46,668 bases of DNA from Akkermansia muciniphila (GCA_945872195.1 CAMBZO010000001.1:1-46668), one strand, 5' to 3'. Positions 1 through 8,386 are shown, counted from the stretch's first letter. The notes: a model not told the origin generated them from the letters alone. Numbers and translations are program-made.

Positions 1-464
1 AAAACGGTTCGCTCCACCTTGGACTTTTTGGCCGACTCCGGATTGATCCCCTCGGGCATCGGAATTTCGGCGAAAGCCTTGAGGCCGGGATATTGAACGT
101 AGGAAAGTTTCTTGTCAGGACGGGCGATCATCACCACTTCGGCCATGCCCGTAGCCTTGAGCTGTTCGCCAATGAGCGGCGGAATGCGGCTGCCCTCCAC
201 TTTTGAGATGTCCACCTCGAATCGAGTCTGTCCACCGCCGTAAGACAGTTTGCCAGGAACCAGAATCATGCTGCCCTGTTCACTCTTGGTGCCAAAGTTC
301 AACGCCGCCGTGAAGGCGCTGTGTTCACCCAAAAAGCGGGTCAAGACGGCACCGAAATCAGCCCCGGGCAGATTGCCCAAACCACCGCCGCCGACTTGGG
401 CAATCGCGCTGGGATTTTCCAGCACCAGGAGGGCGGACAACATCAGCAAGGGGAAATGTTTCAT
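1..464 (-). CDS. hypothetical secreted protein; N-terminal part only, gene runs off the left edge
   Basis: My own minus-strand translation is open from the ATG at 464-462 to position 1 (MKHFPLLMLSALLVLENPSAIAQVGGGG...). The N-terminus is hydrophobic and signal-like. It is absent from the ORF track because there is no stop in the window. No family recognised. Confidence 0.5.
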   Translation of the reverse strand, partial: MKHFPLLMLSALLVLENPSAIAQVGGGGLGNLPGADFGAVLTRFLGEHSAFTAALNFGTKSEQGSMILVPGKLSYGGGQTRFEVDISKVEGSRIPPLIGEQLKATGMAEVVMIARPDKKLSYVQYPGLKAFAEIPMPEGINPESAKKSKVERTV

Positions 465-592
465 GTCAGGTAAGATCAGACTTTCACGAACTAGAGGAGC
501 CAGCATCTTCGTTGTCAACCAGAAGTGTTACCAAACCTTCGCGACTGCACCGAGTGGCTGACAGCGCCATCTATAGCCGCTACCTTTCTGGT

Positions 593-1711
593 ATGTCGCT
601 TTCGCTTCGCGTTCTGATTGCGCCGGACAAGTTCAAGGGCACGCTCACCGCTCACGCCGCCGCCGAGGCCATCGCCGCCGGCTGGCGCAAGGCGCGGCCC
701 GCCGACCGGCTCACGCTCCTGCCCATCAGCGACGGCGGCGATGGCTTTGGCGAAATCCTCAGCGCGGCGCTCGGCGCGAAGTTGCAGCGCGTGCGCACGG
801 TGGACGCCGCGCATCGCCCGCTCGAAGGCGTGTGGTGGTGGGATGTGAAGTCCAAGACCGCCGTCATCGAGTCCGCGAACATCATCGGCCTGGCCATGTT
901 GCCGCCGAAACAGTTTCACCCCTTCCAGCTCGACACGTTCGGGCTGGCCGCCGTGTTGCAAGCGGCGGCGAAGAAGGGCGCGCGGCGCTGCTTCGTGGGC
1001 ATCGGCGGCAGCGCGACGAATGACGGCGGGGCAGGGGTGGCGCGCGGGCTGGGCTGGCAGTTCTTCAATGGGCGCGAGGAAGAACTCTTCCGCTGGACGC
1101 ACTTCCAGCAGTTGCACCGGATGATTGCCCCGCGCCGGCGCAAACTCTTTCCGCAGCTCGTCGTGGCCGTGGACGTGCAGAACAAGCTGCTCGGCGCGCG
1201 CGGCTGCTCCCGCGTGTATGGCCCGCAGAAGGGTCTGCGCCCGGAGGAATTCCCGAGTGCCGAGCGCGCGCTGCGCCGGCTGGCGAACACGGTGAAGGCG
1301 CAGCTTGGCCGCGATCTCGCGGGCCTCCCGGGCACGGGCGCGGCGGGGGGGCTGGGCTTCGGGCTGTGCGCGTTTGCGGGCGCGAAGCTGGAGTCCGGCT
1401 TCGACCTCATCGCGCGGCACGCGAAGCTGGAGGGGCACCTGCGCGCGGCGGACCTCGTCATCACCGGCGAGGGCGGGCTGGATCGCTCGACGCTGATGGG
1501 CAAGGGCACCGGCGAAATCGCCCGGCGGTGTCACGCGCGCAAGCTGCCGTGCCTGGGCCTCAGTGGTGTGGTGCAGGACGAGGCGGCGTTGCGGAAGTGG
1601 TTTCAGTCCTCGAGCGGGCTGACGCAGCTCACCTCGCCGGAGCAGGCGAAGGCGGAACCGGCGCGCTGGCTGGCGACGCTGGCGGAACAAGTCGCGCGCA
1701 ACCTCGCGTGA
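593..1711 (+). CDS. glycerate kinase family protein
   Basis: The N-terminus LIAPDKFKGTLTAHAAAEAIAAGW...LPISDGGDGF and the motif GEGGLDRSTLMGKG are typical of the glycerate kinase family. The track ORF starts at 512; I chose the internal ATG at 593 (MSLSLRVLIAPDKFKG), which matches the usual family N-terminus. Confidence 0.8.
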   Translation: MSLSLRVLIAPDKFKGTLTAHAAAEAIAAGWRKARPADRLTLLPISDGGDGFGEILSAALGAKLQRVRTVDAAHRPLEGVWWWDVKSKTAVIESANIIGLAMLPPKQFHPFQLDTFGLAAVLQAAAKKGARRCFVGIGGSATNDGGAGVARGLGWQFFNGREEELFRWTHFQQLHRMIAPRRRKLFPQLVVAVDVQNKLLGARGCSRVYGPQKGLRPEEFPSAERALRRLANTVKAQLGRDLAGLPGTGAAGGLGFGLCAFAGAKLESGFDLIARHAKLEGHLRAADLVITGEGGLDRSTLMGKGTGEIARRCHARKLPCLGLSGVVQDEAALRKWFQSSSGLTQLTSPEQAKAEPARWLATLAEQVARNLA

Positions 1712-1917
1712 AACTCTTCTACACCGGCCCGGTCATCAACACGGAGATGCTCGTCTCCATGCTGGAGAAGCACGGCATCGCGGCGGTTCACGAGTTTGTG
1801 GACCCGACGCTGCCGGAGGACGGGGACTTGAGCCGCGAGTCGAACGTGCTCGTGCCCGAGGCGGATTACGACCGGGCCTACCGGCTTTTCTACGAGGACA
1901 AGGAGAACGAGCTGTGA
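1708..1917 (+). CDS. small hypothetical protein (69 aa), possibly DUF2007-like
   Basis: The GTG at 1708 overlaps the glycerate kinase TGA (GTGA). It translates to VKLFYTGPVINTEMLVSMLEKHGIAAVHEFVDP...LVPEADYDRAYRLFYE, which resembles small DUF2007-type proteins from memory. It is the tail of track ORF 1366..1917. Confidence 0.4.
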   Translation: MKLFYTGPVINTEMLVSMLEKHGIAAVHEFVDPTLPEDGDLSRESNVLVPEADYDRAYRLFYEDKENEL

Positions 1918-1952
1918 AGTCGCCCCCGGTGGCGGAGGCGTTCACCGCGCTC

Positions 1953-2906
1953 TCACGCGTTCACCACGTTCTGCGGCGCGCCGGCGAGGAAGGCTTTCAC
2001 GTTGGCGACGCTCGTCTCCAACAGGCGCGCGCGGGCGGCTCGGGCGGCCCACGCCTGATGCGGCGTGATGAGGCAGTTCCGCGCGGTGAGCAGCGGGTTG
2101 TCGGCCTTCGGCGGCTCGCAGGAGAGCACGTCCAGACCGGCGGCGGCGATGCGTCCACTGTTGAGAGCGTCGGCCACGGCGGCTTCGTCCAGCAGCGGGC
2201 CGCGGCTGGTATTGAGGAGAAATGCAGTGGGCTTCATGAGCGTGAGCCGCTGCGCGTTCACCAGTGACTTCGTCTCCGGCGTGAGCGGGCAATGCAGGCT
2301 CACCACGTCCGCGCGGCGGAAGAGCGTGTCCATGTCCACGAACTCGACGCCGTCCCGCGGGGGCTTGGGCGTGCGGCTGGCGGCGATGATTTTCATGCCC
2401 ATCGCCCGCGCGATGTCCGCCGTGGCCTGACCGATGCGGCCCCAGCCCACGATGCCCAGTGTCAGCCCGTCCAGCTCCAGCAGCGGGGTGCGCGCGTAGC
2501 ACCAGTCGGCGGACTTCACCCAGTCGCCCGCGCGCACCGAGTCGGAGTGCGCGCCGATGTGGTGGCAAAGCTCCAGCAGCATCGCGATGGTGAACTGCGC
2601 GACGGCGCGGGTGCCGTAGAGGGGGACGTTGCTGACGGGGATGCCGCGCTCGCGGGCGGCGGCGGCGTCCACGATGTTGAAGCCGGTGGCGGTGACGGTG
2701 ATGAAGCGCAGCTTGGGCAGCGCGGCGATGACCTCGCGCGGCACGAGCGCCTTGTTGGTGATGAGAACTTCCGCGTCCGCGCAGCGTGCGGCGACTTGCC
2801 CCGGCGGCGTGCGGTCGTGGATTTCGCAAGTGCCCAGCGCGTGCAAGGCATCCCAGCACAAGTCACCGGGATTCAGCGTGTGGCCGTCGAGGACAACGAT
2901 TTTCAT
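1953..2906 (-). CDS. D-isomer-specific 2-hydroxyacid dehydrogenase (glycerate dehydrogenase / hydroxypyruvate reductase type)
   Basis: 317-aa ORF with NAD-binding GIVGWGRIGQATA, catalytic-region SRGPLLDE and ITPHQAW, and an N-terminus (MKIVVLDG...) typical of the family. Confidence 0.85.
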   Translation of the reverse strand: MKIVVLDGHTLNPGDLCWDALHALGTCEIHDRTPPGQVAARCADAEVLITNKALVPREVIAALPKLRFITVTATGFNIVDAAAARERGIPVSNVPLYGTRAVAQFTIAMLLELCHHIGAHSDSVRAGDWVKSADWCYARTPLLELDGLTLGIVGWGRIGQATADIARAMGMKIIAASRTPKPPRDGVEFVDMDTLFRRADVVSLHCPLTPETKSLVNAQRLTLMKPTAFLLNTSRGPLLDEAAVADALNSGRIAAAGLDVLSCEPPKADNPLLTARNCLITPHQAWAARAARARLLETSVANVKAFLAGAPQNVVNA

Positions 2907-3012
2907 GGGCGGAAGTGAAGCGGAGGAAAGGCCGCGGCGGAAGCAGGAAAGGGCGCAGGGCCACCGAATCGGGCCGCGGCGTGTGCGCGCGAGCCGCGCG
3001 CGCGGTGGGGGC

Positions 3013-3087
3013 TGGAGCCAGTGGTCGGGTTCGAACCGACGACCTGCTGTTTACGAAACAGCTGCTCTGCCACTGAGCTACACTGGC
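3013..3087 (-). tRNA. tRNA-Thr (anticodon CGU)
   Basis: The reverse complement folds as a cloverleaf: acceptor GCCAGTG/CACTGGC, D stem GCTC/GAGC, anticodon stem GCTGT/ACAGC with loop TTCGTAA, T stem GTCGG/CCGAC with TTCGAAC, and an encoded CCA. Confidence 0.9.
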
Positions 3088-3261
3088 CTTCCGCCCTTAA
3101 CGCAGGCGAAGAATAAGAAAGCCCTGCTTCCCAACGCAAGAGCGGATTGGAAGCGTGTGTTGCGGCTAACGGTCACGCTCAGAGTTAAGAGTGAAGGGGG
3201 GGCGGCGCGGTGGGGTGGCATTGACGGGGATGACCGGGGGATTACGCTACACGGCCAAGTC

Positions 3262-3918
3262 ATGTCACGGGAATCCACCCCAGCCAGAGCCGAGCGCGCG
3301 AGGGCGATCCTCGGCGCCTTGCAGCGCACTTACCCGGATGCGCACTGCGAGCTGAATTATTCCAACCCGCTGGAGTTGCTCATCGCGACCATCCTCTCGG
3401 CGCAATGCACGGACAAGCGGGTGAACTTGGTCACGGCGGAGTTGTTCCGGCGGTATCGCAGCGCGCGGGAGTTCGCGGAGGCGCCGTTGGCGGACTTGGA
3501 GCAGGCGGTGCGGAGCACGGGGTTTTACCGGAACAAGGCGAAGAACATCCAGGCGTGTTGCCGCAAGCTCGTCGAGCGCCACGGCGGCGAGGTGCCGCGC
3601 ACGATGGACGAGCTCACGGCGCTCGATGGCGCGGGGCGCAAGACGGCGAATGTGGTGCTCGGGAATGCCTTCGGCATCAACGTGGGCGTGGTCGTGGACA
3701 CGCATGTCTCGCGGCTCTCGCAACGGCTCGGGCTGACGCGGGAGACGACGCCGGAGCGCATCGAGCTGGACTTGATGAAGCTGGTGCCGCAGCCGCAGTG
3801 GGCGCAGTTCAGCCACTGGCTCATCTGGCACGGGCGGCGGCGGTGCATGGCGCGCACGCCGGAGTGCGCGGGGTGCGAATTGAAGGCGCTGTGCTCGCAG
3901 GTGGGTGTGAAGCGGTAA
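3262..3918 (+). CDS. nth: endonuclease III
   Basis: Matches include LELLIATILSAQCTDKRVN, the HhH region LDGAGRKTANVVL, VDTHV, and the C-terminal 4Fe-4S cluster motif C..RTPECAGCELKALC. The track ORF (2629..3918) runs across the tRNA, so the start was moved to the ATG at 3262. Confidence 0.9.
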   Translation: MSRESTPARAERARAILGALQRTYPDAHCELNYSNPLELLIATILSAQCTDKRVNLVTAELFRRYRSAREFAEAPLADLEQAVRSTGFYRNKAKNIQACCRKLVERHGGEVPRTMDELTALDGAGRKTANVVLGNAFGINVGVVVDTHVSRLSQRLGLTRETTPERIELDLMKLVPQPQWAQFSHWLIWHGRRRCMARTPECAGCELKALCSQVGVKR

Positions 3919-3940
3919 GCGGCAGTGCCTCACGCCCAGG

Positions 3941-4036
3941 ACGCGAAGGGCGCAAAGGCAGGGCAGTGGGGCGTTGAAAGTTGAGCGGTGGAGGTGGGAC
4001 GTTTCCCCCTCGCTGCCCCCTGCGCCCCGTTGCCGA
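3941..4036. repeat. imperfect palindromic repeat element; short relative of the 41691..41853 element
   Basis: It shares three segments with the 41.7-kb element: GCGAAGGGCGCA (3943-3954), GTTGAAAGTTGAG (3973-3985) and an exact GAGCGGTGGA (3983-3992 versus 41797-41806). The flanks are GC-rich and partly complementary. Confidence 0.6.
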
Positions 4037-4094
4037 AATGGGATTCGCTGCTTGCCACGCTGTGAGGGCTTGTTTCATCTTGGACTCACTAAAT

Positions 4095-5108
4095 ATGTCC
4101 AAAAAAGCGCTCGTCACTGGCATCACCGGCCAAGATGGATCTTACCTCGCGGAGCTGCTGCTCGCCAAAGGCTACGAAGTCCACGGCATCATTCGTCGCG
4201 CGAGTAGCTTCAACACCCAGCGGCTCGAGCACATCTACTCCGACCCGCACTCGCCGAAGCACAAGCTCATCCTCCACTATGGTGATCTGAGTGACGCGAG
4301 CGGTTTGTCCCGCCTCATCGCGAAAATCCAGCCGGACGAAGTCTACAACCTCGCCGCGCAGAGCCATGTGCGTGTGAGCTTCGACGCGCCGGAATACACG
4401 GCGGACATCGTCGGCACGGGGACTATTCGCTTGCTCGAGGCCATCCGGGAAGTCGGCCTCAAGCCGCGCTTCTACCAAGCTTCTTCCTCGGAGATGTATG
4501 GCAAGGTGATGGAGGTGCCGCAGACGGAGACGACGCCCTTCTACCCGCGCAGCCCGTATGCGTGCGCGAAGGTTTACTCCTACTGGATCACGGTCAACTA
4601 CCGCGAGTCCTACGGGCTGCACGCGAGCAACGGGATCCTCTTCAACCACGAGTCGCCTCGGCGCGGCGAGACGTTCGTCACGCGCAAGATCACCCGGGCC
4701 GTCGCCGCGATTAAACTCGGGCGGCAAGACAAGCTGTTCCTGGGCAACATTGACTCCAAGCGCGACTGGGGCTTTGCGAAGGAATACGTCGAGGCTATGT
4801 GGCTCATGCTCCAGCAGCCCGAGCCGGATGACTACGTCATCGCGACCGGCGAGACCCATTCGGTGCGCGAGTTCCTGGAGGTTTCCTTCGGCCACCTCGG
4901 GCTGGATTGGAAGAAGCACGTGGAGATCGATCCGCGCTACTACCGCCCGGCAGAGGTGGACCTGCTCATCGGTGACCCGTCCAAGGCGAAGAAAAAACTC
5001 GGCTGGGTGCCGAAGGTGACCTTCACCGAGCTCGCCAAGCTGATGGTGGATGCTGACTTGAAGGACTTGCAGGACCAGCTTGCTGGAAAAGTTGCTCACT
5101 CAGAATAA
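4095..5108 (+). CDS. gmd: GDP-mannose 4,6-dehydratase
   Basis: Carries [29 protein letters not shown] and [16 protein letters not shown]. Start placed at the ATG at 4095 (MSKKALVTG); the upstream extension in the track ORF covers the repeat element. Confidence 0.9.
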   Translation: MSKKALVTGITGQDGSYLAELLLAKGYEVHGIIRRASSFNTQRLEHIYSDPHSPKHKLILHYGDLSDASGLSRLIAKIQPDEVYNLAAQSHVRVSFDAPEYTADIVGTGTIRLLEAIREVGLKPRFYQASSSEMYGKVMEVPQTETTPFYPRSPYACAKVYSYWITVNYRESYGLHASNGILFNHESPRRGETFVTRKITRAVAAIKLGRQDKLFLGNIDSKRDWGFAKEYVEAMWLMLQQPEPDDYVIATGETHSVREFLEVSFGHLGLDWKKHVEIDPRYYRPAEVDLLIGDPSKAKKKLGWVPKVTFTELAKLMVDADLKDLQDQLAGKVAHSE

Positions 5109-5159
5109 CCCGCGCCCGAGCGCGAACCGGCATTCGCCCCGGCCGAACACAGACACGCC

Positions 5160-6143
5160 ATGCCCCGCGCACTCATCACCGGCATCACCGGTCAGGACGG
5201 CTCCTACCTCACGGAGTTGCTCCTCGAAAAAGGCTACGAAGTCCACGGCATGGTGCGGCGCACCAGCTCACTGGAGCGCTCGCGCCTCGTCCACCTCTAC
5301 CGTGATTCGAAGATCTACGGCCAGAGGCTTTTCCTCCACTACGCCGACCTCGATGACCCGACCACGATGCGGCGCGTGCTCATGACCGTGGAGCCGGATG
5401 AGTTGTATCACCTCGCCGGCCAGTCGCACGTCGGCCTGAGCTTCGAGATCCCCGAGTCCACCTGCGATCTGACGGCGATGGGAACCCTGCGCTTGCTGGA
5501 GATGGTGCAAGACATGAGGAAGAAACCGCGATTCTTCCACGCCGCGTCGTCGGAAATCTTCGGCCAACCTGCGCAGATGCCGCAGGACGAGAACACTCCC
5601 TTTGCTCCGGTGAATCCTTACGGCTGCGCCAAGACCTTTGCCGCGCACATGGTCACCATCTACCGCAAGACGTTCGGCCACTTCGCGGTCAACGGCATCA
5701 TGTATAACCACGAATCGCCGCGCCGCGGTGAGAACTTCGTGACTCGGAAAATCTGCCGCGCCGCCGCCGCCATCCAACTCGGCCAGCAAAAGGATTTGCT
5801 CTTGGGCGACACTTCGGCAAAACGCGATTGGGGCTACGCGCCGGACTACGTGCGCGGAATGTGGCTCTCGCTCCAGCACGCGACCGCCGAGGATTACATC
5901 TTCGCCACCGGCAAGCTTCACAGCGTGCAGGACGTGGTGGAAACGGCCTTTGCCGCGATGAATCTCGATTGGCGGCAGCACGTGCGAAAGGACAACCGCT
6001 TGCTGCGTCCTGCGGAGCCGCAACGCTTGCAGGGCAATCCCGCTAAGGCCCGCCGCCTTCTTAATTGGGAGGTGAGCGTCACCTTCAAGCAGATGATCGA
6101 GGACATGACGAAGACGGAACACGCGCAACTGGCCGGGGCGTAG
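5160..6143 (+). CDS. second GDP-mannose 4,6-dehydratase-family paralog
   Basis: Carries [28 protein letters not shown] and [16 protein letters not shown]. It is roughly half identical to the upstream gmd by eye. Confidence 0.8.
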   Translation: MPRALITGITGQDGSYLTELLLEKGYEVHGMVRRTSSLERSRLVHLYRDSKIYGQRLFLHYADLDDPTTMRRVLMTVEPDELYHLAGQSHVGLSFEIPESTCDLTAMGTLRLLEMVQDMRKKPRFFHAASSEIFGQPAQMPQDENTPFAPVNPYGCAKTFAAHMVTIYRKTFGHFAVNGIMYNHESPRRGENFVTRKICRAAAAIQLGQQKDLLLGDTSAKRDWGYAPDYVRGMWLSLQHATAEDYIFATGKLHSVQDVVETAFAAMNLDWRQHVRKDNRLLRPAEPQRLQGNPAKARRLLNWEVSVTFKQMIEDMTKTEHAQLAGA

Positions 6144-6174
6144 CCGCTGTTGAGAGGGCAGAGACTGCGCGTGG

Positions 6175-6915
6175 CTATTCTGCCTTCGCACGGCGCAAGA
6201 CGCAGAAAAGTTCCTCTCCGACGCGTTTTGTGCCCACCAACTGGAGTTGGAATGCCCCGCTCAACTGAGGGAAGCCGAGTCCATCGGCGATGGTGGGAGC
6301 GAGGCGTCCGCCGATGAGGCGCGGGCAGAAGGTGAGGTGCAGTTCGTCCACCAGTCCGGCGCGGAAGAGGGCGTCATTCAGCTCGCCTCCGCCTTCGCAG
6401 AGGAGTCGTTTCACGTTCCACTCGGCGCGCAGCCAGCGCAGCGCGGCGGGGAAATCCACTTCGGTTTCGCCAGTCACATGCACGGCGTCCGCCACAGTGC
6501 GGAGTTGCTTCAGCGCCGCTGCAGGTGCGCGTTCGCTGGTCAGCACGAGGACAGGGGAAACGCGGTGGCGGAAGATTTCTGCCCGCGGGTCCACCGAGCC
6601 CGTGCCGGAGATGATGACGCGCAGGTGGCATTCCGCGAGGCCGCGACGGAGGCGGAGTTTACGGAAGCGTTCCGCCCCGGAGCCGAAGGTGTAGTTGTTC
6701 AAGTCCACCGTGCGCGCACCACTCATCACGGCGTCCGCGGTGGCGCGGAGTTCGTAGAGATGCTCGTGGTCGCGCGGGCTGCTGAAGGTAGAAATAGCGC
6801 GGTTCGCCGTGGCGATTTTGCCATCGGCGGACATCGCCATGTTCACGAGGACGAAGGGAAGGGGAGCAGTTGAGAGTTGAAAGTTGAGAGTTGAAAGTTG
6901 GGGGCGCTGGCGCAT
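6175..6915 (-). CDS. RibD C-terminal-domain reductase (pyrimidine reductase / DHFR-like fold); no deaminase domain
   Basis: Carries FVLVNMAMSADGKIA, RATADAVMSGARTV and LLCEGGGELN. The track start at 6945 is a TTG. I used the ATG at 6915, but a start at the MAMS codons near 6840 is equally possible because residues before it are repeat-encoded. Confidence 0.7.
   Translation of the reverse strand: MRQRPQLSTLNFQLSTAPLPFVLVNMAMSADGKIATANRAISTFSSPRDHEHLYELRATADAVMSGARTVDLNNYTFGSGAERFRKLRLRRGLAECHLRVIISGTGSVDPRAEIFRHRVSPVLVLTSERAPAAALKQLRTVADAVHVTGETEVDFPAALRWLRAEWNVKRLLCEGGGELNDALFRAGLVDELHLTFCPRLIGGRLAPTIADGLGFPQLSGAFQLQLVGTKRVGEELFCVLRRAKAE
6869..6900. repeat. tandem repeat GTTGAGAGTTGAAA (period about 14, about 2.3 units)
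   Basis: Direct reading gives gttgagagttgaaagttgagagttgaaagttg. The same core occurs at 3973-3985, 7206-7220 and 41773-41794. Confidence 0.8.
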
Positions 6916-6930
6916 GGACGGAGCAACTAG

Positions 6931-6962
6931 AGACTCGAAACTCAAAACCCGGAACTCAAAAC
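6931..6962. repeat. short tandem repeat (GAACTCAAAAC family) abutting the queA stop
   Basis: Sequence is agactcgaaactcaaaacccggaactcaaaac. It shares an exact 11-mer, GAACTCAAAAC, with murG 21808-21818. Confidence 0.7.
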
Positions 6963-8036
6963 TTAGAGCAGGAGCATCGCGTCGCCGTAGCTGAAGAAGC
7001 GGTAGCGCTCGCGGACGGCCTCGGCGTAGGTGGCGAGCATGAGTTCGCGGCCGCGCAGTTCACCGGGCGCAGCGAAGGCGCTCACGAGCATGAGTAGCGT
7101 GGATTGCGGGAGGTGGAAGTTGGTGAGCAGCGCGTCCACGAAGCGGAATTCATACGGCGGGTGGATGAAGATGCGCGTGCGGCTCTGCAAAGCTGAAAGC
7201 TGGAAGTTGAAAGTTGAAAGGGCAGCGGCGCTTTCGAGGACGCGGACGGTGGTGGTGCCGACGGCGATGACGCGCCGGCCTTCGCGCTTGGCGGCGTTGA
7301 TGGCGTCGGCGGTGTCGGCGGGCAGCTCGAAGCGTTCCTCGTGCATCACGTGATCGGCGAGGTTGTCTGCCTTCACCGGCAAGAAAGTGCCGAGGCCGAC
7401 GTGGAGCGTGATGAAGTGGATTTGGACGCCGCGCGCGCGGAGCTCGTCGAGGAGCGCGGGGGTGAAGTGGAGTCCCGCCGTCGGCGCGGCGACGGAGCCA
7501 GCGGGCTGCGCGAAGACGGTTTGGTAGCGTGTGTGGTCCTCGGCTCCGGCAGCACGTTCGATGTAGGGCGGCAGGGGGATTTCGCCGTGGGTTTCGAGCT
7601 CGTCGAGGAGGTTCGGCGTGCCCGTGAAGCGCACGCGGCAGTGGCCTTCGTCATTTTTCTCCAACACGACGGCGCGCACGAGTGACGCGACTCCGCCGTT
7701 GGTCCGCAGTTGAATCTCAGCTCCAACGCGGACGCGTTTGCCGGGGCGCAGCAGGGTCCACCATTCATTTGGCGCGACTTCCTCCACGAGCAGCAACTCG
7801 ACTTGCCCGCCGGTTGAGGGCTTGTGTCCACGCAGACGCGCGCGGAGGACGCGGGAGTTGTTGAGCACCAGCACATCGCCTGCGCGGAGATAATCCGGCA
7901 GCTCGCGGAACTGGCGGTGCTCGGTGCGAGAATCGGTCCGGTGCAAGACGAGCAGTCGCGAACCATCGCGCGTGGGTGCGGGGGCTTGCGCGATGAGTTC
8001 CGGCGGGAGCGGGTAGTCGAAGTCAGCGGTGCGCAA
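6963..8036 (-). CDS. queA: S-adenosylmethionine:tRNA ribosyltransferase-isomerase
   Basis: The N-terminus (M)RTADFDYPLPPELIAQAP matches the family, as do PLPPYI, AAPTAGLHFT, GTTTVRVLESAA, TNFHLPQSTLLMLVSAF and RFFSYGDAMLL. The start codon appears to be TTG at 8036. Confidence 0.9.
   Translation of the reverse strand: MRTADFDYPLPPELIAQAPAPTRDGSRLLVLHRTDSRTEHRQFRELPDYLRAGDVLVLNNSRVLRARLRGHKPSTGGQVELLLVEEVAPNEWWTLLRPGKRVRVGAEIQLRTNGGVASLVRAVVLEKNDEGHCRVRFTGTPNLLDELETHGEIPLPPYIERAAGAEDHTRYQTVFAQPAGSVAAPTAGLHFTPALLDELRARGVQIHFITLHVGLGTFLPVKADNLADHVMHEERFELPADTADAINAAKREGRRVIAVGTTTVRVLESAAALSTFNFQLSALQSRTRIFIHPPYEFRFVDALLTNFHLPQSTLLMLVSAFAAPGELRGRELMLATYAEAVRERYRFFSYGDAMLLL
7191..7220. repeat. GTTGAAAG-family repeat inside queA
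   Basis: Sequence is agctgaaagctggaagttgaaagttgaaag. It encodes ALSTFNFQLSAL in the QueA frame. Confidence 0.7.
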
Positions 8037-8304
8037 GGGGCGAAGTGGGGCTTGGAGTTCGGGGGAAAGGCGGCAGTGGGGCGGGAGTGGAGTGAACTGT
8101 CAGTTCTCACCGTGGAGTCTGAAACAGATAGCAACCTACTCAATAGTGGATATTTCCGAGTCGGATTTCGTTAAAGTTCTGCGATTCAAGCCTGCCGAAG
8201 GAATAGGACTCTTTCCCAATCAGAGCATTTCACTGGATTGATAGGCTTTTAAGCCGTTTGAAATCAACGAGTAACAACAAAAGTGAAAATAATTGTGTTA
8301 TTAG

Positions 8305-8335
8305 TTGACCGTTGTGGGGCTTAGTGGTTAAAAAT
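8305..8335 (+). promoter_or_regulatory. candidate sigma70-type promoter of the dcw cluster
   Basis: TTGACC (8305-8310), an 18-nt spacer, then TAAAAA(T) (8329-8335). It lies in the only AT-rich stretch of the window, about 50 nt upstream of the mraZ ATG. Confidence 0.4.
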
Positions 8336-8359
8336 GGGGCGCTCTGGGGCGCTGTGGGT
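8315..8359 (+). promoter_or_regulatory. candidate MraZ operator: five TGGG-type boxes in exact 10-bp phase
   Basis: The boxes are TGGGG at 8315, TGGTT at 8325, TGGGG at 8335, TGGGG at 8345 and TGGGT at 8355. The published E. coli MraZ site consists of TGGGN direct repeats with 5-nt spacers. Confidence 0.6.
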
Positions 8360-8386
8360 TATGTTGAGTGTTCCTGAGCGCGGCAT

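Noticed and set aside
250-561. A 103-aa plus-strand ORF at the left end.
   Set aside because: It overlaps the better-supported minus-strand secreted-protein frame (1..464). Its product is Pro/Lys/Ala-rich with no recognisable features.
515-1690. A 391-aa antisense ORF opposite the glycerate kinase gene. The same kind of long shadow ORF occurs at 18852..20864 (670 aa), 24209..25468, 26388..27800, 30543..33005 (820 aa), 33367..35454 (695 aa), 36080..37861 and 44533..46008.
   Set aside because: All lie antisense to, or out of frame with, genes that have clear family motifs. Their products are Arg/Ala/Gly/Pro/His-rich low-complexity strings typical of open non-coding frames in high-GC DNA.
3013-3087. 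Whether tRNA-Thr or tRNA-fMet marks an integrated island or prophage.
   Set aside because: No integrase, recombinase or transposase ORF and no direct repeat of a tRNA 3' end was seen near either tRNA. Flanking genes are ordinary chromosomal genes of similar GC content.
2629-3261. A long N-terminal extension of the nth ORF, which gives 429 aa in total.
   Set aside because: The extension would be translated straight through tRNA-Thr on the opposite strand and antisense to the dehydrogenase. Endonuclease III homology starts only at the ATG at 3262.
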